Positions 12,165 through 22,274 of a stretch of 32,202 nt of DNA are shown one piece after another. Positions within the stretch are counted from its first letter, which is position 1. The number at the start of each line of letters is the position of its first letter. A program made the translations under genes and the position numbers. The DNA comes from Utricularia gibba (lineage: Eukaryota > Plantae > Magnoliophyta). The notes below the pieces were generated by a model that was not told the origin of the DNA, ran no database searches, and saw only the letters and a list, made by a program, of their open reading frames with translations. The stretch is taken from assembly GCA_002189035.1 (NCBI GenBank), contig NEEC01000130.1, positions 1 through 32,202 on the forward strand, given 5' to 3'.

Positions 12165-13650
12165 GGAAATAGCGAAGCATGTCAGAGCTCCAGTTTTCGG
12201 CTGCCGCCATTTTATTTCTTCTTTAATAGGAATGCGTCCGTCGGATGCCTAAAATGGAATTTTCTTTAAGTCCAATTTTAGCGGATGATAAGCCGTACAC
12301 CTAATTCAAACTTTTTTTTAATTAAAAATATATTTCATTAAAGTAGTTTATGTAATTAATAATATATTTAAATTATTTAAAAGTATTTTTTAGTAAATTG
12401 ATTTTACAAATAGGTATTTAAAATGATATTGTATTTAATAGATATAATTAAATAGATGAAAAAAAATCTAACCTAGTTCACATAATTAAAGTAACTCATA
12501 TAACATGATAGTTTTAAAAAATATTTTAAAAATAAATATTAATGTGTTTCACAAATTGAATATATATTATAAAATAAATTTAATAATATAATAACCATTT
12601 TGTAATATATCCCACATTCTACGAGGGATCTCCTTTCTCGCATAGTGTGGCGGTGGAGTGGTCCGGCCACCGGCCACCGTCCGTCGGAGAAGCATCTCTG
12701 AAACTGCACTTTGTTCGTGGCTGCCAACGTGACTCCCAATAGTGTTCCGATTTTACTGAAATTATTTGGATGATATTATATTTATTATATTACTTTAATA
12801 TTTGTAGGTTCCCAAATTGAAAATCGAAACCAGCATGTACTATAGAACCTAGTTTTGAGAAGGGTGGATTCCGATACTAGCAATCTTTTGTGTTAAATAT
12901 ATATTATCCATATTTATTTCATAAAAATATTTCCAATTAATAATGTTGTCATGGAAATCCCAGTAAATTACAAAAGTGGTTATGTATAGAAATAAAAATA
13001 TTTAAATATCTGAGAGATAAAATGATAATGATCATTTTTGTAAATGATATACTGGTCAAAGTGTACTCCAAAAGCTATTGTAGCAGTGGGGTAATTTTCA
13101 AATGGGGTTAGAAAATTCATCATCCTGTACCATTGGAATGAAATAGAAAACATAATTAATTTTAACAAAATTAAAAATTCTAATAAAATAAAAATTGATG
13201 TGTGTTTGAAATTGTTTTATAAAATTATTATTATAAAATTAATTAATATTTGAAATGAAAAAAATAATAATAAGTGATCTTTATAAATAATTTACATATT
13301 TACTAATATTTATTAATAAACATACTTTATAAATTTACTTAAACAAAACATATTATATAATATTAATATTTATCAAACTCTTAACTAATATTATCAAATT
13401 AGTATTTATTTTAAAATGATATTAATTATAATTCTGTATTAATAAATAGATATAATAGTAAATTCAATTGTTAAAATCGAATCTTAAAAAACAATTATCT
13501 ATGAAAAACTACACACATCCATATTTTTCAGAAAATTGAATTGATTTTTAAAAATGAATTCTGATAGAAGAGAATCAGGTATATATTTATAAGACATTAA
13601 TTCTACGACAATACAATTCAATTTTGTATTATAATTTGATGGGGGGTGGA

Positions 13651-13760
13651 GGCGTGTCCTGAGGGGCGGACACGGAACCGAGGATAAGGATAGGGTGCCT
13701 GGGAAACAGAAGGAACGTATCCCGGTAACGTCGCTGCCCCTTCAAGCCGCGTCCTCAAAA
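13651..13760. promoter_or_regulatory. GC-rich non-coding island A (putative cis-regulatory module)
   Basis: Abrupt GC-rich block in very AT-rich DNA. Contains the inverted repeat CGTGTCC/GGACACG (13653-13674), an I-box-like GGATAAGGAT and GGAACGTATCC, and shares a module with island B. Confidence 0.45.
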
Positions 13761-14118
13761 TGGGATTTTTTAAGCAGTTCTTCTAGAGCACACCAATGCA
13801 TATCAATAGCTATAAATATATTATCCACATTAGCCAAGACATTTCCTACTTCTAAAAAATAATTTTATTACTAAACACATGTTGTAAAATAAACATAAAT
13901 TTAAAAACGTTTCTAATTTTGAATAAATTATAGAGCTTCAGTTTATATTTTATTAAAAATACTTTTTGAATATTATTTGTCAAAAAAATAGAATCCAACA
14001 AATGCTTTAGAAACATTCCTTATTTTTAATAAATTACACATACAATTTTTTATTATTAGAACCATTTCTTATAAAATTCTTTTTGATGGGTAAATGTTGA
14101 GTTTAATATTTAAGGAGT

Positions 14119-14415
14119 ATTGTGAAAAATTTTTGAATGTAATTTTTATTTTTGGAAAAGTAAAAAGTAGAATTAAATTGCAATAACTTAGATCAGGAAA
14201 CTGAGAATTAAAAACATTTTCAGAAATCTAATGTCAAAAATAGAAATAATAAATAAAAGCAATTATTTTATTATTTCTACTTTTACCTCATTTTCAACTA
14301 TATCCAAAAATTATTTTTGTTAAAAACAGAAATAGAAATATGAAGTATTCTACGTAAATTATTTTTGATAAAAATAGAAATATAAATAGCATTCAAAAAT
14401 TTTTAAGAACACAAT
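14119..14415. mobile_element. Degenerate foldback/MITE-like element
   Basis: Perfect 15-bp inverted repeat aaaaatttttgaatg (14125-14139) / cattcaaaaattttt (14390-14404), outer attgtg/cacaat, and a nested inverted pair (agtaaaaagtagaa near 14160 / ttctacttttac near 14275). AT-rich, so partly low complexity. Confidence 0.45.
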
Positions 14416-14586
14416 TTTAATTTTCAAAAACTAATCACTTTAAGTTTGGCTCTAATACTAAATATTATAATTCATTCTATCATTGTACAATATTATACAT
14501 TTGGATATTGAACTTGCATGATTTTACGTTTTTTTCATTTCGAATAAAATGGGCCCTATAACATTTGCATAGTAAAACAATTAAGC

Positions 14587-14830
14587 ATAGGTTTTGGAAG
14601 GGAGGAGGCAGGGGATCATCCTCCTAAAAGGATTTATATCATTTTCTTTTTGTTTTTTGCATGTAAAATGTTGAACCCCAGGAAACAGGATAAGGATTCG
14701 GGATGCCAGTTGCCACAGTGGAACGTGTCCAGGTGTCGGTGTCCATTGCAGATGCCGTATCCCTAGAGTCCAGTCCACCTTCGCATCACCTGCTACGTAC
14801 ATACTGTATTCTTTCCTCGTTCCGTTCCAT
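14587..14830. promoter_or_regulatory. GC-rich non-coding island B (putative cis-regulatory module)
   Basis: GC-rich block with AGGATAAGGAT (14687-14697), GGAACGTGTCC (14720-14730, ABRE-like ACGTGTC core) and tandem TGTC motifs. Homologous in part to island A. Confidence 0.45.
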
Positions 14831-15446
14831 TGGCTAAGTATATTAGATTCATGACAGAAATAATTTCGTAAAAAAAATATAGTTTATATTTTGATCATTG
14901 AAAACTTTCACTATAGGTAAAATATCATATGTGATCACTGCATGCTTTTGAGTGCAATGTTTTATATTCTCAACAGTTGTATTAAGATATTTTGACGGCA
15001 ATACAACCTCATCATTTCTGAGTTCTTGATATCACATGTGAGGTTTGTATGATAAAAAGCTTTACACAAATATTCCATGATTTATTTTGCAACTACTTGT
15101 AAGTATCTTCATTAAGTGATTAAAAATCCTACATTGGTCTTGCAAACAACTCTTTAATCATTTACATGTTTTATCATCCCTTTCATTTTGGAATTTGTAT
15201 GAATTTGAACGATTTTATTCGATAATATTTTATTGTTATCTTTATCAAGATAATATAAATCATCTTATATCAAATCATATTCAACGAGTTCATTTGTAAA
15301 ATATATCATATAAAAAGTTTCAGCATTTCTACTTTCTCACACATTTGTGTATTTCTTATTCTTCTATCCTATAACTACAAGAATAGTTTCTCTTGTCTTG
15401 TTAGAATAAGCAACATTCCTTTGAGCAATCGTATTAACTTGTTCAA

Positions 15447-15671
15447 CTCAAGAAAAAATCTGATGAAAATATGCAAACCTATAAAACTATGATTGTAGCT
15501 AAGTGTTATAATCAGAGAGAGTGAAGCAATTATGATTAAACCTTATCTTCGATAGTCATACTTGAACTTATTAGATATCTATTGTTTATTGGTGTACATC
15601 TAAATTATGAGATTTGGCATATGGATGTCAAAATCGTTTTTTTGAATACGTTATTGAAAAAGGAAAATACG
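15447..15671 (+). mobile_element. Ty1/copia reverse-transcriptase remnant (degenerate)
   Basis: One frame reads LKKKSDENMQTYKTMIVAKCYNQRE*SNYD*TLSSIVILELIRYLLFIGVHLNYEIWHMDVKIVFLNTLLKKE. It is colinear with the copia RT motif [56 protein letters not shown], with stops where G and E are expected. Confidence 0.85.
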
Positions 15672-17039
15672 AAGCAATGTTTTAAACTTTGCTAAAATTT
15701 TTCAAAAATTTGGATTTCAGATTTTTTTAAACAATTTTCAAACTTTAGATTTATTCTGTGTTAATAATTTTTTTGAAGTGACTATATTTAATTTTTTAAA
15801 ATTCTAAAATTTAATCGTAAAATCAAAATTCATATTTTATGATCAAATTTAGAAATTATTAAATTTTTTAAATCTACGTTCGTGATTAAATAAAATAGTC
15901 ATTAGAAAAATTTTATTATTTATTTATGGTTTTATTTAAAAATACAGTTATATCATAATATATTAAATTTCAATATATTTTTTATTTTATTGAATTTTAT
16001 AATATAATGTTTTATTATTGAATAAAATAGTTTTACAATTTCAAAACTAATTATATGTATAAATATCAAAATTAATTCTATTTTATATAATATAAATACC
16101 TTCAATTATAGATCAATTGCTTTCTTCAAATTTTCCTCATTTTTCTTGAGATTTTTTCCACATTTCTCTTTTTAGATCAAATCTGAAATTCAAAATTTTT
16201 CCAAAGATTATTTTGAGGTAGAGAAGGATTGTTTTGTCGAATTACCGAAGAGTTGATTTACCAAATGAGCCCTTCAGATTTGGAGCCCGTACGTAAAATT
16301 TTTCAGTGGCACAAATGTCATTTACCTACACACGAGACAGTCGGTAATTGAAGTTAATGGCAGCGGCGGGAGTCGTTCGGTGAGTGTACTTCCCCACGAT
16401 ACAAACCCAACGCCTCCTGCAGACGTGGCGGCTTCCCATCGGTGGTCGCCTCCAGCTCTGAGGATCACGTAGCGGCCCACCTCACAAAAGTGCATCCACA
16501 TAGCCTGCTTTTTGGTGAAGACAACCGACTGAAGTAACGTTCATATCGCAGTCGCCTTCTTGTTTTCTCTCCTTTTTCTACTTTTTTTTTCTAAAGAATT
16601 CCTGTTTTTCGACGAAAAGCACAAGCTCGGTCCCTTATATCATTATCGTTATCGGTATAGGATTCACTCGTGATCTGCTCTGCCATCTTTTGAGGTCTTT
16701 CCTGTGACCACTTTTTCCGCTGCTTTCGTTGGTGGGTGCTCAGCTTCCCCTGAGTCCGAGGTTAGTTTCGTTTTCCGATCCCGGATATTCGTGTCTGATG
16801 TGTGTTTGCGGCAAAATTAAGGAAATCTGCAGACCCAGCACGACGAATTCCGAGCTGTTTATCTATGTCTGTTCTTTGCCGCTGAAATCTCACCTGCATC
16901 GAATGAATGAAATAACCTTTTTTTTTTCTTTTGAAAGAATGGGATTGTGAACTGATTGTTTTGGAAGAAGGTAATGGGGAGCTTGCAGATGTTGGAGAAG
17001 CGAAAGGTTTTACTGCTGTGATTGAGAAGAAGGGAGCTG

Positions 17040-18445
17040 ATGGATAAGCAGTGTGATTTTTGTGTGGCATCGAGGCCTGTTGTATACTGCAAGGCGGATG
17101 CTGCGTATCTGTGCTTGTTGTGCGACGCCAAGGTTCATTCTGCCAACGCCTTGTCCTCTCGCCATCCTCGTACGCTGCTGTGCGACCTCTGCCGATGCCA
17201 CCCTGCACGTCTCCGATGCCTCGATCACGACGTTTTCATGTGCCGGAGTTGCGATTCCGGCCACAGCACCTCATGCCAGCAACAGAGGAGATCGGTGAAC
17301 TCCTACGCCGGATGCCCTTCTGCTACGGATTTAGCTGCACTGTGGAGACACAGTTCAACTCTCTCTGAAGTAACATCCTCTGGCAAAGAACCATCTTCCA
17401 GTTCTTCATCAGCAACTCAAGCCAAGGTGCATTCGTCTTACTTTTTTCTTCAGAGGAAGTTACATGAAGCTTGATGATCATGATTCTCACAGGGTGTGGA
17501 AGCTGATACACTGATGCAAAGTAGCTATGTACTGCATCAGATAATGGACCTGGATCGGCTGGAGCTCTCCGACGGCGCTGTGAAGGAACTGGCTGTGAAG
17601 AACGATGCGCAGGTCGACTACTGTGATGGCGAACTTCTTGAGTTAGACACTTCATTCTGGGAATGCAAAAGCCCTGCTGACAGCAATGAGGTTGTCCAGA
17701 CGACACGAATCTAGAATCCCATGTAAATAGAAAGAAAGGAGCAATCTTGGTCTGATCCACGATGCCTGTGCAGATATGGATGCAGGATCTCGGATTCTGT
17801 GACGATCCACGATACTTGGACAATGTTACTATACCTGATGTCGACCCGAAATTCCAGAACCTGGAAGACATCTTCGGGGATGGAGGAGGGAGCATGGAGA
17901 ATGCCTTTTTCTGCTCTGGCCAGGATTCATCTTCTGGCAAAGGAGAGCAGCTTTGTGGGAGCATAATCCAGGTAATCTCTCTGTTTCAGCAAATGAGTGT
18001 TCTTATTGCGAAAGAGGGATTCCATGCTTTGTGATTGCAGCTCCAGAAGCAAGACAGCACAGAAAGCAGAGAAACAAGCATATTTGATCAGCCAAATGGA
18101 TCTTCCTACTCAACTTCATCCTCCTCCATCTCCAAAGTCATCACAGAGAGCAGCGGTTATGAGTACAAAGACGACGGGTATTCTCCTAGTAGAGAGAAAG
18201 TGATAATGAGATACAAGGAGAAGAAAACAGCAAGGTATGTCTGCTGAGTGTTTAAATTCATCCTGGTTTTCCTGCAAAGAGTCGACCCTGAATTGGGCAT
18301 TGGATGTATCTGGTATACAGGCAGGAAAAGCAAGCTGAGTATGCAGCAGCAAGGGACAAATCTGCAGAGAAAAAGGGGTAAAATTCAGGTAATGATACAA
18401 CAAGAAGGCGATAAAAGCTCAGCAAACATCACCAGAAGCATTTGA
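17040..18445 (+). CDS. Double B-box zinc-finger protein with C-terminal CCT-like domain, BBX27/At1g68190-like (CONSTANS-like family). Exons 17040-17426, 17493-17690, 17774-17971, 18041-18234, 18321-18445 (frame anomaly in last exon)
   Basis: MDKQCDFCVASRPVVYCKADAAYLCLLCDAKVHSANALSSRHPRTLLCDLCRCHPARLRCLDHDVFMCRSCD (two B-boxes) plus YAGCPSATDLAALW; IWMQDLGFCD..IPDVD..FQNLEDIFG; REKVIMRYKEKKTAR (CCT start). GT-AG junctions are in phase. Confidence 0.9.
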
Positions 18446-19776
18446 AGCTGCAAGCCGTTCACATTGAACGCTTTTAGAGAACACCTGGGAATGCTTGCTT
18501 ATCGCAGGGCTTTCTTGAGAGTACAATTTTTCATACATACGCTTGTTGATTCGAATAGTTCATCCATTGGGAAGCTTCTTCGTGCTCAAAATTGAAAAAC
18601 TCCCAGATGCAATATTCTGCACAGAGGCTTCAGTTATATGTGATGATAATTCACAACGTGAACGACTCCAGGCAAATGACAAGAGAAGAGCAAGTAAACC
18701 AAGGCTCGAACGAACCTTTTCCAATTCATGAGCCATGATAACGTCAAAATCAAATGGGCCACGCGTTGAATTAGGTTATGATAATGTCAAAATTAAAGAT
18801 ACAATGAATACACGAATACATATGAAATCTAAATATACAAACATATAAATTATATTAAAAATAAATAAATACAATAAATTAATATTGATATACAATCTCT
18901 TCAAAAAACTTACGTTTCATGTGTTGTAGTTCAATTTATTGGATACTTAATTTTATCATGATATTACAATACTTATCTTGTAACATAATTTGGATGGGCA
19001 ATATGAGTTTTTTATTAGTATAAGTTTGAGTTAAAAAAAAAAAAGATGTTTTAGGTTTAAATAACAAAAATTAAATAGATTTATGACTTAAATAATAACT
19101 ATAATCACATACAAAACAAAAAAATAAGTATTAATTAGATTAAAGATCAATTCAATTTGAGAGCATATATTAAAATAAATAATTCCCAATTAAAAAATTA
19201 AAATGAAATTATCAAATATATAAAAAATTATAAATCAATAATAAATGATTGAACATAATATTTTTTTTAATATTATTTACATTTATTTTATACTTTAACT
19301 TTAAATTTGCTCGTTCGACTCATCAAATCATTAACTTAAATATACGTAAGTTAAAGACTGCTCTCTCCTAAGATACCCATAAACTAGATCAACATAAGAA
19401 ATTGGAATCAAGAGTTAGTACAGGGACATTATTTTAAATTGCCTGAATAAGAGCACCACTGCTAAATGAAAGATAGATTGAAAAACCAAAGTTGATAATT
19501 TGATATTTTAAAAATATTTTAAACCACACATTTGATATAAAATGAAATATCTTTATTTACCCTTTTAAAAATTAAATCGATTTTCAAATTAAATTGAATT
19601 TCACTTGAAGGAGTAAAAGATAATAAAATTTGAAATTTTAACTTAAAAGAAAATCTGGAGTAATTTTGTAACAAATGATGGAAATACTCATTTTGTTTGA
19701 ACACCAAACCAAAAAATATTTTAAAAATAATTATTGGTATTTATTTTTTCCTTTTTTTAAGAAAATAAAAATTCAT

Positions 19777-19824
19777 TTCGTCACTATGACGACACTGCAT
19801 ACGTCATATGTTGCTTCTATATAA
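19777..19824 (+). promoter_or_regulatory. as-1/ocs-type TGA-factor element plus TATA box of the GST gene
   Basis: TGACGACA-CTGC-ATACGTCA (19787-19806) is two imperfect TGACGTCA palindromes with the canonical 4-nt spacer. An extra TTTCGTCA half-site lies immediately upstream, and TATATAA is at 19818-19824, about 80 nt before the ATG. Confidence 0.75.
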
Positions 19825-19901
19825 CACCATTTACATCCAACGAAAACTGCACTACACGTCTTTTGTTTTTTTTACTCTCTGATTTGCACATCTGAAACTC
19901 C

Positions 19902-20670
19902 ATGGCTGCAGAATCGGCACAAGTGAAGCTTTTGGGCACAAAGCAAAGCCCATTTGCACTGAGGGCGCGCATATCCCTCAACCTCAAGTCCGTGGAGTAC
20001 GAGTTCCTGGAGGAACATTTTCCTGGTAAGAGCGAACTCCTCCTCAAATCCAATCCTGTTATGAAGAAAGTTCCCGTTCTCATCCACGGCGACGTCCCCA
20101 TCTCTGAATCTCTCGTCATTCTTCACTACATTGATGAGACCTGGTCCCAGGGACCCCCGATCCTCCCTTCTCATCCCGACGAGCGCGCTGTTGCCCGGTT
20201 CTGGGCTCACTGCATCGACGAAAAGGTACCATTTTGGAATAGCCCTTATGCCATTTTTTCTAATGTAGAGGAGCTCAGATACGTTTCCTCTGTTGTAGTG
20301 GTTTCCATGTGTTAGTGGCATTCTGCTGACAGAAGGAGAAGAGTTGAAGCAGAAGGTGGAGGGAGCCACAGAAGGAGTCGCTTTGCTGGAAAATGCTTTT
20401 GTGGGTATAAGCAAAGGGAAGAAGTTCTTTGGGGGAGAAACCATCGGATATCTGGACATTGCGTTCGGATGCTTTCTCCAATGGTTGGATGTTATCGGTG
20501 TGCTCTCTGGTCTGAAGCTCATCGATGAAATCAGGACTCCAAATTTGTTCCAATGGGCTCAAAATTTCACCTCCGACGCGGCGGTGAAGGATCTTCTGCC
20601 CCAGACCGATGAGCTCGTCGAGTTCGCTCAGTTCCGCATCAGCAGCTTCAAAGCTCCGGCCAAGAACTGA
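19902..20670 (+). CDS. GSTU: Tau-class glutathione S-transferase, 231 aa. Exons 19902-20225 and 20299-20670
   Basis: VKLLGTKQSPFALRARISLNLKSVEYE...LLKSNPVMKKVPVLIHGDVPISESLVILHYIDETW...RAVARFWAHCIDEK|WFPCVSGI...KKFFGGETIGYLDIAFG. Catalytic Ser is present, with the single phase-0 intron (73 nt) typical of tau GSTs. Frame is intact. Confidence 0.96.
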
Positions 20671-21962
20671 GTTGCTTCTGGTAAGAGGATATCAATGTGC
20701 ACCGCCTGCGTCTGTATCTCTATTCTGCTTTCCATGCTTTTTTCGATTTGAATTGTGTTTGTGAGTGTTCTGACGATCCAAATGTTCCTGTTTTTTTTTA
20801 AATAATCATTGTATAAAATATAAAATTTGAAAAGCTTAATCGTCGTGCTTAATATGAGGCCAGATACCTAATAATGAAATAATATGCTGGTTACATTTTA
20901 TTTATAAAGAAATAACATAAAAAAGTGAAAATTAACTATTTAAAATAAATAATATCGTACAATGAGATCACAGATCATGACATTTGATATCATAATCAAA
21001 CCTGATTAAATGCTAATGATGGGATAAAGGAATACTCAAGTAAGTATACTGAATGTTTAAGAGAAAAAGAATATAGGATTAGTAGACCAGTGTGACGCCA
21101 TCCCACACTAGTTACATACCACTGATGTATTTAAATAGAATAACTGTACTAATCTTTTATGAGATTCGGTGTCTGTAGTAGATAATGGAAATGTAGGTCG
21201 TTACATATCTCTACTTAACTATGATTGATTTGTGATGTATCTTTTATATTTTAAAATACAAAAGATTCTCAAATCGATTGCATTTTAACACTTCATTTTC
21301 TAGTTGGATCTGGGTTCAAGTATACACATGATTTTTTAATTGTTTGGATGATTTGGTAATAAGATCAAACTATCACATTATTAAATTCAATAGTCCACAT
21401 GGTACTCTGACTAATAACATACACGTGGACAAATAAAATATGACTGTAAAATTTAATTAACATAAAAATATCCATGTTATAATATTCAAAATGTGTATAA
21501 AAATACTAATTTGATTTATTAAAATATATATGCTACTTTTTTAAACTCATATTTATAAACTTCTCAGTATTTTCGAATAAACTATATATATATATAATTT
21601 GATTTCACGTTTTTTATTCGGTACTCAAATTTTTAAACAAAATTTAAACTACAAATTCAACACAACACAACTCCAACTATAAATTCAACACAATTTCAAA
21701 CATACTAAAGTTTGTACTATAGACACGCACTTTATAAAAAGATGGTATTTCGGAAATGACATGTTTTAGATATAATCATATGATTAGAAATCCTCACTAA
21801 AAAAACAGTGATTTTGCGAACTAAAAAACTCTGAAAAATTCCTATTTTTATAAAAACGGTCTAAAATTAATTTATTACAAATTCTAATGAGTTAATTTGA
21901 AAAAAAAAAAAACATAGCCGAAGTGGGATAAGAATTAATAATTAAATGGTATATCGTTATTC

Positions 21963-22274
21963 GGTGTTTCGTTATGAATAAGAAATTAATGATTCTCTAT
22001 TGTATCCTACGAAAATGGGATAAAATAATCCAAGATTATTAGATGGTATTATTTAATCCCTCAATAATATCATAAATACCTTTTGTTTTTGTTTTTTTAT
22101 AGAAAACCCAATTCAAAAAAATAAGAATATTTTCGTTATTTTAATTATATAAACAATTATCCTATCCCAATTATTACAATATAAATTAAACACATCAAAA
22201 TACAATACCATCTAATTCTAACTCATTATTCTATTTAATTTTATCTTGACATAACTTATCGTACCACATGCACC
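21963..22274. mobile_element. Degenerate Tourist/PIF-Harbinger-like MITE
   Basis: Ends ggtgtttcgttatgaataag and cttatcgtaccacatgcacc are imperfect inverted repeats. Internal gggataaaataatcc and ttatcctatccc motifs recall Tourist-type MITEs. Right flank is TTA; left flank TTC is only a partial TSD. Confidence 0.4.

Noticed and set aside
12609-12619. ATCCCACATTC, resembling the snRNA upstream sequence element (RTCCCACATCG)
   Set aside because: No TATA box at the required spacing and no snRNA-like sequence downstream.
14985-14993. Evening element (AAAATATCT on the minus strand)
   Set aside because: A single AT-rich 9-mer, expected by chance at this base composition (another lies in a GlnRS intron).
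16762-17964. Long antisense ORFs (148 aa and 213 aa) over the B-box gene, and similar ones over GST, PUB, DUF1639 and PADRE-2
   Set aside because: Shadow ORFs of GC-rich coding sequence with no independent motifs.
21015-21125. Short frame weakly reminiscent of a copia integrase (DGIKEYSSKYTECLREK)
   Set aside because: Similarity is too weak to support without a profile search.
21100-21140. ATCCCACACT followed by TTTAAATA (possible Pol III USE-TATA promoter)
   Set aside because: USE is mismatched, the ~19-nt spacer is shorter than in known U6-type promoters, and no recognisable RNA follows.
21647-21693. 19-nt direct repeat aacta(c/t)aaattcaacacaa, 28-nt period
   Set aside because: Two copies only and low complexity; probably a subterminal remnant of a degraded DNA transposon with no assignable family.
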